In this document: positions 23,901 through 38,900 of the stretch, piece after piece
Numbering within the stretch: the first letter of the stretch is position 1
Layout: every line of letters starts with the position of its first letter
Assembly (NCBI GenBank): GCA_965287045.1
Contig: OZ336881.1
Coordinates: forward strand, 84,940,001-85,004,000
DNA from: Carcharhinus amblyrhynchos
Lineage: Eukaryota
Length of the DNA: 64,000 nucleotides
Direction: 5' to 3'
The notes under the pieces: generated by a model
Database searches by the model: none
Seen by the model: the letters and a program-made list of their open reading frames with translations, nothing else
What the model was told of the DNA's origin: nothing
Program-made: the position numbers and the translations under genes

Positions 23901-26900
23901 TTAACGACTCTGCCTGGTGCAGGATCCCAATGGACCCTCATGTGACTATGAGTGACATTGGAAAACCAGATATTCCTCTGGTCAGTAACTGGCACTGTGG
24001 AAACAGAATGAAATAACACAGACGTCAACAGAGAAAATCAAATGACAATATTTCACAAATTAAGCCAAAAGAAAAGCAAAAGCTGAGGCTTGTCATGACA
24101 TATCTCAGCGATACCATCTGGCTGACTTGATTCCGAATAAGTTTAAATTCCTCTGAACACATCTTTTCTCACACAGGGTACTGAACCAAACTCTGGCTGG
24201 AATTCTCTGCCGTACAAGCCCCGCTACCAGTGAGAATGGAGAATCTGGCACTCAGACAAACCTCCATTCATAGCAGCAGTCCCGGAGAATCCCCACTCCA
24301 AGAGAGATGTAAGAATCCAGCTCCCTGCCTCACTGCAGGACAATCCAAAGGCACGGATATGGCAGGTTCTTATCAATTCTTTTGAATTCGTCTTTCAGGT
24401 AGATTCCTTTGAGGCATATTTTTTGCAAAAGCTTATTTTTTCATTTGTTACTGTGAAATTCTTCTTTATTCTGACAGCATACAAGGATTTACAAAAGAAA
24501 ATTTTTGAGGATTGACTGGAACTAATCTGGGAGCACATCATTAAACCAATCTGAACATGTCCTTGTTAAAATAATAGTTGAATATTTCTGCTCCCTTTCT
24601 ATCACACCTGTTCTATTATCCTTTCTGATCCTTAACTGCTCTGTTCTTCTAGTGGACTCACATGTAATGATTTTTCAACACAAAAGAAAGACAAGCAGTA
24701 TACCCTTCTCAGATGTCTCCTCTATGCCCTCTCCGTTGCCCAGTCAGGACGTTCCCCGATGCATAAGGACACCAAAATTTCTTTGCTTCTTCATGGTGCC
24801 TCTTGCAATCTGCTTCTTCTCAGGTCTAAAGCAAGTGACTGCTTCACATTCTAACTCTTTCTGCCATGATATTTCCAGCTCTCTTTTGCCTGGTCCCTTT
24901 TTAATCGTCCTGCTACCAGCTGCACAGTTTAACATTTGAAACCCCACGATCTGATATCCTAATGATAATGGGGTGTGATTTTCCCAGTTGAATAGTGCTT
25001 GAATAGTGCAGCAGGCAGGGGAATGATAGCGGGAGAGAAAAAAATAGGAATTGCGACCAGTATCCGGCTGGTCAAGATCTTCCACCTTCATTTTTGTGAA
25101 TGTAATCAGCCTCATGCCAGGGGACAGCATTTGTTTACAATGATTACCATTTGTTAACAATGATATCCATTCATTTGCGAGCCCAGGACTCAATTTTCCG
25201 GGCTCGCTGAAGTTTTACCCCCACCAGTGGAGCTCCAGCAGGGATCACAAATTGTCCCCACCAATGAGGGCCAGGCGTGATGGCCTCACTGGTAGGACGA
25301 GAGGCTATTGAAGCCCCCTGGGAGGTCAGAGGAAAGGAAGTGCCCCTTGGGCAGTACCAACCTGGCAATGTCAATCTGGCACACTGGGCAGTGCCAAGTG
25401 GGCACGGCCTGTGGGGGTCGGGGCTAGTCAGAGGTGGAGCCAGACCAGGTGGGTGGGGGATGGTAGGGGATGAGGAAATAGGATGGGGTGACCTCTGCAA
25501 TGTGGTGGGGGGGTTGGAGGCTGGTGGTGGGGTCAGGGATCAGATGTCAGGACCAGCAAACAGGAGACCAACAATGTCAGAGGGTGGGGGGGGGTGGGGG
25601 GTGCTTGTCAACTGAGGGATGGGCGCATGTGCACTAGCCCCCTCTGTAGCCCGATGTTGGCCTCTTTATTGGAATTCGTTCTGCCCCACCACCCCACTCC
25701 CCCAACCAGCGTAAATCCCCTAATGGCCTCTGAGATGCACAGTATTCCGTGAATTCCTTCCACCAAGCTCGCCCAAAAAATGTGCAGGAAAAAAACTACC
25801 ATACTCCTGCCTGTAGGACACATTTGCCGGAATTTTACTGCCTCGCCCACCCGGGGCTCGTAAAATCCCACCCAAGGCCAGTGGCAAATGCCGTTCTGCG
25901 AACCACGCCCACCCCAATTTCAGACTGGGCGTGCCAGTAAAATTCCGGCAATAGTTTTTTCTTCGGGGGGGGGCGGGTGGTGGATTGCAATCAATGAAAA
26001 GAGATTGCAATGAAAAGAGATTGTTGAAAAGAGAGAAGTTGGAATTTCCAGCAAAGAGTTTCATATGTTTGTTCCAAATATTGCTCGGCATGTTTGGAAC
26101 AAACCTTCCCTCTTCTTTGAGAGACAAATGGAAAATGGAATGGAAGTCTACAAGCTTCCAAGGTTGAGTAATAAACATATCTTACGGGTAGTTTCTTGCA
26201 CACTCCGGGGATCACTGGGAACATCACCATAAAGGGCATGGATTGTAAGAGTGTACTCAGTACTGGGGAATAAATTCTCCAGCTTCAGGTCAGTGGTATC
26301 AGGACCAACTTTCAACTGTAAGAGAAATAGAAATAATTTGTAAATTTCACATATATATATATATTAAGATTAAAAAGCTGCATTATTACAAAGTCATTTT
26401 GAATCTAGGTTAAACCGATTTTAAATAAATCACGATTTGTCATTTATCATACAGGTATCACACGGCGTAACATTTACTGTATAGAATTGGATATGCTGAT
26501 ATGAAACATACATTCCTCAACAAATATCTCTCAAAAGCGGATGAGCTTGTCATTGTTTTATTGCTGCTTTTGAAATCTTGCTGCAAATAAATTGTCTGCC
26601 ATTTCTCTGTGCATTACAACAGTGACTATGGGTGGAAATTTATGCCACCACTTACTGGCAGGTTTAAAGGTGGGTGGCTTGTTAAACCCAGTGGGCAACC
26701 TAACCCTCCCCACTCTACCCCACCACAATTATACCAGTGGCAGGGATAGCGTCAGGCAGCCCACCCACCAGTGAACCAATTGAGAAACTTAAAGTGGGCA
26801 ATTATTTCCCAATTAAGGACCTCGTCCTGCCACTGCTGGGATTTAACGAGAGGCTCATGCCAAACAATTGGCCTTGCAGGTTTCCCTGTCACTGGTGGCA

Positions 26901-29900
26901 GGCAAGTAGGAGTGGTCTCTCCTTAATGAGCCCTCCGGCCCCACCAGTGGCCATCCCCAATGTTTAACTGCTCTCCCCCAGCCACCAAGCTACTCTTCCC
27001 CCCATGGCCAATCAATACCTGCCCCCCCACCCTCCTCTCACTAGATCTGCTAGCTGGGCTTCAGACAAGACACAACCAAACTCTTAACTAAATCTCAATA
27101 CAAAGCTGCCTTCGAGTGGCCAACAGCTGAGGAGGGTTTTCCTCTTCCTTCGGGGTAGAAATCCTACCTCCAGCCTATACTTCAATGGCCATAATGCACT
27201 TTGGGATCAGATTATCTATTGAGGATTAAGTAATGGTCAGGACTGGAGAGAACTTCCCAGTTCTCCACAGAAATAGTGTTATAGTGTCTTTTGCACAACT
27301 GATAGGACCACGTAGTTGAAAACTCCATTTAAGAGACTCTGATTGAGAATCAGGATTACATGTTCAAGTTTCTGGAGTGGGGATTTAAAATCACAACCTT
27401 TCTGGGTTAGAGGCAAGAAGACTGACCACTCACTGAGCTAAGGCTGACGGATCGGAACTGAAGGAGTCCTCCCATAAATTGTTACTCAACAGTCCAAAGT
27501 ACAAATGACAAATTATGTTGATGATTTTTAAATCCATGGCTGTCTTCTATGTTCCTTTGACATCACTGCCTTTCCCTTGTGAAATACTTGCCAGAGCAAA
27601 AATACTGCAGAAGTTCCACTTGTGCACTGCACAGGGGTCAGTCCATGATATCTTAGGCACTCAGTAAACATTTTATTGGAGTTTGGTTAAAGTTTAATGA
27701 GCCCACTTGGTATGCACTTACACTTTTTTTTCCACAAGAGATCAAGAAAGAAAGTTATTTAAGCTGAAAAATATTTACAGGCGTGAAACTCTTAAAGAAG
27801 GAGAGATTACTGCAAAAGATTGTGACTGTCTGAGCAATAAAACTGAATGCAATGTAATGCAGATGGTGAAAGAAGCTGGTTGGCTGTTTTATATAACACA
27901 GGATGAAATATCATGGGGCTCAGGCTCGGGTTCAATTTCATTGCCAATGACATTCGCTGTTGCTAATAGTTTTCAATAAGAAAACACTAATCCTCTCACT
28001 ACTCTAAGCAGCTGTTGAACAACTTCACAGTCAAAATCAACCTTTTTCAGCAATAGCTAACCATTGTATGGGAATACTTGTTATCCAGTGGATAACATCC
28101 CTGTCTCTGAGTCAGACGCTCCACGGCTGAACACCACTCCAGGACTCGATGGCCAAACAGACCGATCAGCAACCTACAAATCCTTCCAAGCTGACAATGA
28201 CAGGCGGTAAGAGTGGGAGAGTCACCTGATCAACAATGCTTGATGTGGAGTGGCACCCCTCAAACTTTGACCTCTGGCAACAGGCTAGTGACCTGTTCCA
28301 GGAAAAACTAGCCATGGTAAAAGGTCTAAGCACGTGGTTCATCTACCTCATATGTCACTGGGCACAGGAAAGAGTGAGATATACAAAATTATCTCCAATT
28401 AATCATGCACCAAAATATCATTGGATATTTTGGCAACTTCTACAATCAACTTTGAATGCAAGACTGATTTGTACCAGCTAATATTTAGTCAAAGTGAAAT
28501 TACTTAAAAGGACTTGAGTATTTTCTCAAAGGTTAATGTTTCATATCAAGTGTTCTAATCCAGCCTGTCCAACAGTGGAGATGGGTCATCATTAGCCGGT
28601 GGGGTTCCCTGCTGGTACAGCTGGTGAGCAATGCAAATGGCTGTTGCCCTCAGCAGGACTGGAAGATCCTGCCACCAGAAAACCTGCCACAGGGGAACTG
28701 GAAAACCTCAGCCATTGAGATACTAAGTAAAAACAAACAATAAAAATTCAAGTCTGCTTGAGATAAACCACATCTGGGAACACAGGTTCAAATCCCATCA
28801 TGGCATTTGATGGCATTTACATGACTTATGAAGAGAAAGTCATGCTTGACAAACTTGCTTGAGTTTTTTTAAGAACATAACCAGCAAGGTGGATAGTGGG
28901 AGCCTATGAATGTGGTAGATCTAGACTTCCAGAGGTGTTTGACAAGGTGCAACATAAAACACTGATCCTCCAGAAGGTGAGATCACAGGGGATTGGGGGT
29001 AGAGTACAAGATTGGATTGAGGATTGGCTAACAGAAAGCAAAGGGTCAGGAGAAATGATCCTTTCAGACTGGTGAAATATAACTAGTGGGATGCTGTAGG
29101 GGTCAGTTCTCAGACCTCAATTGTTTACAATCTTTATAAATGATCTGAAAGTGGGGATCAAGTGTAACATAGCAAAATTCGCAGATGATAATAAAATAGG
29201 TGGGGAAGCAGGCAGTAAAGAGGATATAAAGATTTTACATATGAATATAGATAAGCTAGGAGAATGGGTGAAAATGTGACATATGGAGTTTAATGTGGAT
29301 AAGTGAGAGGTTACCCATTTTGGCAGAAAAAATGGAAAGACGAATTCAAAATGTGTTTGGACAGAGGGAGCTGAGTGTCTGCGTTCATGAATCACAGAAA
29401 GTCGGGATGTAGGTGCATAATAAAAAAGGCAAATGGCATGTGGGCATTTATTGCAAAGGGACTGGAGTATAAAAGTAGAGAAGTGTTGTTGCAATTGTAT
29501 AGGGTGTTAGTGAGACCACATTGTGTCCTGTCTTGGTCTCCATATTTAAGGGCGATGTGGTGGCATTGGAGGCAGTTCAGAGTAGGCTCTCCAGATTGAT
29601 TCAGGGATGAAAGGGTTGACGTAGGAAGAGAGATTAAACAATTTGGGCTTATATTCGTTTGAGTTTACAAGGATCGGGGGTGCTGATCGAGCTATATAGA
29701 ATTTTAAAAGGGATTGACAAAGTAAATGGAGACTATGCGTTTTCTCTAGAATAAGAGGTCACAGGTATAGGTTGCAAGGAGGTGGATTTAAAACTGACAA
29801 GGAGGAACTACTTCTCGAAGTGGAACTCACTGTCCCATGGTGCAGTGGAGTCTGAACCTTTGAATGGTTTCAAGAGGGAGATAGGCATATTTCTAATAGA

Positions 29901-32900
29901 AAATGGGAAAAAGGGATATGGGAATAGGTGGGGAGGTGGATTTGTGACCAGGAAGAGATCAGCCATGATCTGATTGAATGACAGAGCAGGCTCAAAGGGC
30001 TAAGAACATAAGAACTAGGAGCAGGAGGAGGCCATCTGGCCCCTCGAGCCTGCTCCACCATTCAACAAAATCATGGCTGATCTTTTTGTGGACTCAGCTC
30101 CACTTACCCGCCCACTCACCATAACCCTTAATTCCTTTACTGCTCAAAAATGTATCTATCCTTGCTTTAAAAACATTCAGTGAAGTAACCTCAACTGCTT
30201 CACTGGGCAGGGAATTCCACAGATTCACAACTTTTTGGGTGAAGAAGTTCCTCCTCAACTCAGTCCTGGATCTACTCCCCTTTATTTTGAGTCCATGTTC
30301 CCTAGTTCTAACTTCAAATAGGCTAAACTTGCCTACTTCTGCTCCCTATTTCTATGTTCCTATATGCAATTAATTAATAATCTAAAATTAAAATCTAGTC
30401 TCAGTTTCAGGTGATAACTATATAAATTACGGTTAATCATATACTGTTAGGAGGAGTTGGTTGGATGATCACTTGAACACATCTAAAAGAGACAGTTGTT
30501 TCATTCCTTGATATAATAATGATTAATCTGGACTTTCAATCCAGCAACTTGAATCTAAATCTCCATAGAACCAAGATTCTTATTGTCCCATTTGTTGTTA
30601 GATGTGGGGAGGACAAATAAAAGACACTTGCAAGTTGATTCCAAATACTTTCCCTAAACAGGTTCAGGCAGTGGGCAGTTGAGGAGATGGTTTTACTTGA
30701 CTGACTACCTCTTTTCTGTGGTTACATCTGTGCCAGGGTCCAGGAGTCCCTGGAGACAGAGCACGTTACAGTGTCCCTTTAAGAGATTGTTGACTTAATT
30801 ATTGTTTGCTCAAAAAATAGGAGAAGAGGCACTTACTGCCACTGATATGGGAATGGAGTCAGGAGATATATGCCTGCAATACTTCACTCCGTGAATAAAT
30901 ACATTCCAAGTGGAGACTGGCTTTGGTTTCTTCCTTCACTAACTGGCTATCAGGAATATAATGATGGGGACCATAAAACTACCACCATTTATCGTTAAAA
31001 ACCATTGGTTCACTGATGTCCATTAGGGAAGGAAATCTGCTGTTCTTACCCAGTCTGGCCTACATGTGACTGCAGACCGACTGCAATATGGTTGCCTCTT
31101 AATATCCATTTGAACTAGCTGAGTAAGCTATTCAGTACAAGGAGGTGGCTCATCACCATCCAGGGGCAAATATCCCATGAAAGAAAATATTGCAAGTTTC
31201 TGAATCTGGTCCTCTCCAATAACAGTCCAGTCTCATAAACACCAAGCCAACATACAGCATAACTCCACGTTATAGATATTTTTAAGTGCTCTAGATTGCT
31301 CGCTTCACAAGCATTTTTAGGGCCTCTTGAGGAGGATTATTTATTTTTTGTTTTGTTCTTTCAACTAAATTCAGCATGTGTCAGCAAGCATTCCTGCTGG
31401 TGGTGAGAAAGAACTCTTCTAAAAGCTGTTTACATCTCTCCACCAGGAGTTATTTTACGCAGGCTACTTACCAACTTGTTGACTATGAAGAGTTGAAAAC
31501 GAAAGGAAAGCTTTCATCAAACAGGTCCTTTGAGACTGCCTATTGATCTAAGCTTGTTTAACAACATTGAAACTTTTGACAAAGCTGTAATCCATTTGCT
31601 TGTCACTCCAACTTTACTGATTAGTTTTGTCAGTCACCTGCTGAGAATCAGTGTCCTATTTTTGGCATTTATTGAGTGCATGGAGAGGGCTGTAGTTTAT
31701 ACTGAAGACAGGTTCTTTGCCCCCCAACACATATCTCAGGGGCAGCCCACCTTCACTTAAGCAGCTCACCCTACCTTAATTTTTGGGCAACAGCACTTTA
31801 ATTGGGATGAGGCAGAACTTCATTCCATCGCCAGGAGGATGTGACGCCAATCGGAGGCAGGCAGCTCTGAACATTGGCGATGTCAAACAGGAGTAATTTC
31901 GGGAAGCTGCCAGTCTTACCCAATCTGAGCTTATTTTTGACTCGAGTCCCACACAAATATGGTTGGCTCTCAGCTTCCCTCGGAAGTGATCGAGCATGCT
32001 GTTTAGTTGTACAAAACCACTGCGGTTGAAGGGGAATTTCTACCACAACCATCACCTCCTTAGGGACAGCTAGGGGATGGGCAATAAACACAGGCTTTCT
32101 CATCCTGAGAACAAAAAATAAAAAGTGTCTTTGCTTTCTCTTCAGTCCATGCACTTAAAAAAATGGATCCTTGGATAATACAGAAGCTAGTAAGAGCAAA
32201 TTTTTGTCTGAATGATTATGAAGATAGATATTTATAGATAATGCTTCAGGAGCCATAGAATTTCAGCAGTATTGTTTGATACCTCTTTCTCTACAGTTGG
32301 TATGCTGGCATTAATTGGTGCGTAGAGTAGCATATAGCCTGAGGCTCCACTAGCTGGCTCCCATCTGACATTCATTGTGGTTGGAGTAACATCGTAGACA
32401 TTTAGTGTTCTCACAGCAGGAATGGGCACTGTTAATGAAAGCATTAACAATTATAATGAAGCAATCACTGAGAAAATAAGTTTTCTTTGTTAGTCCATCA
32501 TCAAAGAATTAATTGTGGTATCTTAGATACAATTCCATTTTCAAGACTGATTTTCTGACTTTGCCCGAACCTTGAAATTCCAGGCAAGGCATTCTGAGAG
32601 ATTACAACAACACTGACAGCAATGGACCAAAAATCAGAGGTGGAAAATCACTGGGCTAGTGTCAGACTCAGAGACTCCCTGATCAGGGGGGGCTGAGTTA
32701 GATGCAGAGCTCCCTTTTCACTGCCCCAGCAATGTGCCTCAACCTGACTGCTAAAGTGCATGTCTGGCTCTATAAGTTCTGTTTGCCACATCAACTCTCC
32801 ACTGAAGTTTGGACACATATTTAATGCCAAGAACCAGAGGTGACTCAGATTACAATCTTTCTGGGCTAAACTGAAAACTCATTCCCTAGCCCACTGGACA

Positions 32901-35900
32901 AAAGCTTTGCTCCTGACCTTGTAGCCCACGAATTCAACCCTAACATAGCACATTGCAAAAATCAAGAAACTGGGTAATTTTTGGGATATTCATAGAACGC
33001 TACAGTGCAGAAGGAGGCCCTTCAAGTCTGCACCAAACACAAACCCACCCAGATCCTACCCCCATATCCCTACATATTATACCCATTAAACCCTCTAACC
33101 TATCCCAGGACACTAAGGAGCAATTTCTTAGCATGGCCAATCAACCTAACCCACACATCTTTGGACTGTGGGAGGAAACCAGAGTACCTGGAGGAAACCC
33201 ATGCAAACACGAGGAGAATGTGCAAACTCCACACTGACAGTGACCCAAGCCAGGAATCAAACTCAGGTCCCTAGAGCTGTGAAGCAGCAGTGCTAACCAC
33301 TGTGCTACCGTGCCACCCACATAATGGCATGAAAGCTGCCGGATTCATAGAATCATAGAATCCTCACAGTGCAGATGGAGGCCAATTGGTCAATTCTCCA
33401 ACAAAGCATCCTACACAGGCCCACTCCCTTGCCCTAACCCTGTAATCCCTCATACACCACTGATCTCCTTACCCTACACACCTTTGGACACTATGGGGCA
33501 AATTAGCGTGGTTAATCCACCTACCCTGCATATCTTTAGAAACCGGAGCACCCAAAGCAAATCTACACAGACATATAGAAAATGTGCAAACTCCACAAAG
33601 TCACCAAAAATAGAATTGATCCTTGGCCCCTGGCACTATAAGACATCAGTGCCAACCACTGTGCAATAGGTTTGGTGAATAAACCTAAATGGTTCTTTCA
33701 GGGAGTGCAGCCTACCAGCACTACCTAGTCTGGCCTACAGATAAATTCAATGTCACACCTTATGTTTGATTCTTAATTTCCTCAAGGAAATGGGCTCAAT
33801 GGTAAAAACTAGATGGCAAGCCAAAGAAAGAGCAGGAAATTAAAAAGGACATAAATGAGCTCAATTCTTGGTTTAATATTCATTATCCTTTCCCTTGCCT
33901 TTCATTGAGCGAGGAATTTCACTTAAGATATCAGCGAATATGAAGTGAGACTGAGTGTTGTCTGGAAAAACATAGAGAATTTGGAGGGAAGAAAGGGCAC
34001 GGGAAGTGCAAGTGGGTTCTAACATTCACAGCAGCTCAAAATTAAAAGGAATAGCTACAGGGGCACCAAAAACAAATTGTGTGACAGATTTTTTTTAGGG
34101 AGAAATGTCAGGCATTTTTTTCCGCAACATCAATGGACTTAAATAACTCATGTTCCAATGAACGTTTTGCCAAGCATTTTCAAATGCATCAATTAAAAAG
34201 GTTTGAAAACACAGACCTTAATAGAAATAGCAAGAACAAAAGAAAGATGATAATATCTTACTCACATGTGGTCTCTGTTCCTGAAAGAGGTTCACTGACC
34301 TCTCCTTCCAGCAATCCATACACATTCACAATATACTCTGTGTCGGGCTGCAGGTTTGTCAGCACTGTGGTCTTGGTTCTTCCACTTACTAGAACCTAAA
34401 ACAGCACATTGCCCCCATTAAAATTCTGTGAAATGGAACAGCTGCAGAATGCAAGCAAAAGTAGGAAGCCTGTGCCCACTCTATGTTTGGAGCTTTGAAT
34501 CTAACCTCCGAAATATTAGTAACCAAAATGTCCACACAAAATTCCCAAGTCTATAACTTTTCTGAAACCTTTTGAAATAAATAACTTAGTGCCTTTCTGG
34601 AAACAGTAGGAAGAGGAATTATAAGGTAATGAACACACTAGCATATTTGTAAGATTATACAGCAGGACATGAAAAAGATATGGGCCTCAGGTGCCAACCC
34701 CATTTCATATTCCCACGACAGTAAGTTTTAGTTTGCACCCATTCGAGTTTCCAAAGTTGGAGGGGTCCTGGTGTTCCAAGCAACAATGTTAAAATGAAGC
34801 ATTAAGCTCTCTTCTTAGTTCCATGAACTGAAAGGAGAGTGTGACCATATACATGTTGAATATACAGTTGGATGACTTTCCCACTTCAGTGCTGCCACTT
34901 TAGTGTTTCCCCTGCACAATGTGCAGTGCAATACACTGAGTGATGACAGGAGAGGGAGCCAAATGTAAAATAAGCATTTACCACTGGGTACAACTGACCC
35001 AATTTGACTTCTCAGCTGTTGTTCTCTCACAAACATGGCCCTCTCCAAATAGCTGTAATAATCTGATTGCTTGTGCACCACATGGAAAATCAGCCAACTA
35101 ACCTCTTCAGTTCTCCCTCCGCTCACGGGTTGGTATTTCACACTATACCGATCAACGTTTGAATCGGAGTGATCCCAGGATACTCGGAAGGAGCGATGAG
35201 TTGCCTCAGAGGTAACCAGGTTTGTTGGAGGATTCAATTCATCTAAAGCAACAAGTATTAAGAGAGAATATCAGTAAAAACTTTAGATTAGAAAAGACCA
35301 TTAACCCCTTTTCACTCTGCCATCTACCTGCCTCTTGTACTCCACCAAGCAACTTGCTAAAGCTTCCACAGCAGCGCGACACAAACCCTGCAACTAGAAA
35401 GGCAGGGGCAGCAGTTGCATGGAAGAACCATCACCTCCCAGCACCCCTCCAAGTCAGATATTGTCCTGAATTGGACGAGAATTGTCTTTCCTTTATCATC
35501 AACTGATCAAATGTCTTTACCTCTCTATTTAGCAGCACTGTGTCAGAAACTCCATCACCCAGGCTGCAGAGGTTTAAAAAGAAGGTCCACCAGCATCTTC
35601 GCAAGAGCAACTAAAGATGGATATTAAATCTTGGTCTTGACATCAACACCCATATCCAGAGAATAAATTTTAATAACATTATCACCCATTCAGTACAGAC
35701 ATATTCCTTATTACCTGTTTAAAATACTCTCAGTGGTTTAGATTGATGGCCTTGGTGAAAATAAATTATCTGTTTACTTTATTGACACTGTATTAATATT
35801 TATTTACACTAATGAGATTGCAGCTTAACCATTTTCACTCAAAATTTATGCATCTTGATTTTCTACAAATTTTCTTGTACCTTATACAGGTGGGGCAATC

Positions 35901-38900
35901 TTCATCAATCATTAGGGACAATATGGTGATTGACCCCAGTCATATAGAGATTACTCAGTCCACATTTTTCAGTCATCTTCATTTTTTGCCTCAGAAACAT
36001 GGAATTGTTAGAGTGCAGAAGGGGGGTTTTTGACTCATTGTTCCTGCTCTGGCTCTCCAAGCAAGCATTCGTGGCTGAGTGCCATTCCTCATACTATTAC
36101 ATATTGTTTCTATTTAAGTAATTATCTTGAATGCCTTGATTGAACCTCCCTCCACCACATTTCCAGGCAGTGCATTCCAGACCCAAATCACATGTTGTGT
36201 GAATAAGATTTTTAACACATCACATTTGTTTCATTTGCAAATCACTTTAAATCTATGCCCTTTCGCTTTAGATCCTTTTATGAGCAGGAACAGTTTTTTT
36301 TCCCCATCTACTCTGTCGAGCCCCTCACAATTTTGAACGTCTCTATCAAATCTCCTCTTCACCTTCTTCTCTCCAAGGACAACAATCATAACCTCTCCAA
36401 TCTATCCTCATAACTGAAGTTTATCATTCATTCTGGTAAACTTCTTCTGCACTCTCTCCACTGTATTTACATCCTTCCGATTGTGATGATACTGTGCTGT
36501 TAATATATCTTATGTGTGAGGAGGATTGCTTTAAGCTTCAGTGTTTTGTCACAGTCAGTTTGGATCTGGGAGGAATACATCAGATGCTGATAAGCATTAT
36601 AATTATTCATTTTAGCCATTTAAGTGTTTATTTAGCAAAAAGGCTAAATGAGCTTTTGTTTACCAAAGAAGAGGACCCTTGGGATGTTTCCTTGAATAAA
36701 GTAATGGAGTTAGGTATACAGGATCATAGAGTCATGTGATATTAGAAATGGAAGAAGCTAGGTTTGTAGCTTTCTGAGTTCAGTTGCTGGACAGGGTAAA
36801 GATAGCAGTCTATAATCAGTACTCGCTCTCTCTATAAAATCCCTCTGGAAGTTCCAATGCCGTTAATAGAGGTTACAGCAAGTATGCCTGGATTTGCTAA
36901 CTATGTTTAAAGTGGGGTGTAAGTTTTAAGAGACATATTGCTTAATTGGAACGGAAGAGTAATAATTTAGAAGTTAACAGTTGTTTCTTTTCATGTTTAC
37001 AGATTGTTCAATGGCTAAGAATTAAATTGTTTTATTTTGTTAGAGTTATATTTAAACTGTGTTATGAATAAAGTTTGTTTTGTTAAAATAGATCCCTAAT
37101 TTGCCAGTGGAATTACTCCTGGAATAAACCATCCTTTCCTCTCATTTATACCAAAATAGAAAAATTGTGAGGGTCTACTCTGACTTCAAATATAGCTTGA
37201 TGATTCTGATCTGATAGCCTAATACTATCATAGAACATAGAACACTACAGCACAAACAGGCCCTTCGGCCCATAAGTTGCGCCGATCATATCCATAATTC
37301 ATATTAATTTGACACCCAGAACTGTACACAGTATTCCAGCTGAGGTCTAACTAATGTCTAGTATAAGCCCAGCATAACCTCCATGCTCTTGTACTCTATG
37401 CCCCTATTAATAAAGCTCATGTTACTATATACTTTATTAACTGCTCTCTACACCTGTGCTGCCTCCGTCAATGATCTATGCACACATACACCCAGATCGC
37501 TCTGCTCCCACATTCCCTTTAAGAATTTTACCCTTCATTTTTTATTGTCTTTCCATGCTCTTGCAACCAAAATGTATCACTTCATATTTCTCCGCATTGA
37601 ACTTTATCTGCTACCTATCTGCCCACTTAACCAACTTGACTATGTCCTTTTGAAATTCTACTTTGTCCTCTTCACAGTTTACAATACTGACTTTTACTTT
37701 GTGTTCATGGAGATGACTGACACCAACACTAAGTAATGCGCTAGCTTTCATGTTGACGACTCATGTTAGGATCAAGAACCCTCAGCTCAGTTACTTTGTG
37801 CATTCTAGACAGAGCACTCTTCCTTCTACACTGCCCCATCACTCCTAGTGTAACATCCAGCTACCTACATCATCCATTCCAAACCTTTCCTATTTTGATG
37901 GGCAGGGGAGTTATCCCCAGTTTCCTAGCTAATATTTAACCTTCAGTCAATATCACTGTATGGTCATTTTCCCAATGCATTTTGTGGAAACTTGCAGTGC
38001 CCAATGTGGCTGTCAGTTTCCTATATTATCCAATGACTATACTTTAAAGGACTTTTTTTTATTAATTGGAAAAAATATTTAGACATTCCAAGGTTATGAA
38101 GGATGCTATATAAATTCAATTTTTTTGGCCTTCCGTTGGAGATGAAGGACCAAAATGAATAAAGTTAAGTTGCTTCAGCCTTTGACCTTCGTCTCATGAT
38201 ATGTTTAGGCCCAATTCCTATTCAACATTAAGTGGGGCTCACACAGCTACTTTACCACTAATGCTGCCTTCAAGGACTTGACTTCCTCAGTCCTCCTAAA
38301 CTTTGCCAAGATAGTACACAAAAGGATTTTTCATAAGTGTTACATCAACATGAAATATCTTTCTTTCAATGTGGCCCTAATGGGGAAGACCAGGAAAAAC
38401 ATTGTTACATAGTAAAAAAGTCCACAGAATAATCAGAAAGACACCAATAGTTGGCAACAGATCATCACTCCGATGCTGCACCTTGACTCCTGAATCTATT
38501 TAAGAACAAAAAGAACTGTAGGGCTGTGGGGAAAGAGCAGGGGAGAGTGATTAACAGGATAGTTCTTGCACAGGTACCATCGGCCAAATGGACTCTTTCA
38601 ATACTATATGATTGTTTGCACAATGCTTATTAAAATCAAAATATCAAAAGGTATTTCATACTTGGCCCCTTCACACTGTTGCAGAGGTTCGTGGTGAGAT
38701 CATCAACGATTTCGACAAGCAGGGCAAATTCAGCCACATTGTACATATGGATGCTATCCGGATCAGTCGCAATCAGTTTCAATTCAGCTTCATCAGCATT
38801 CTTAATACCTAAAAAAGTACATCAGAACAGATAATGATCAGTACTCATGAGGAGACGGGAACATAATGATGATATCACTGGACTAGAAATCCAGAAGCCC

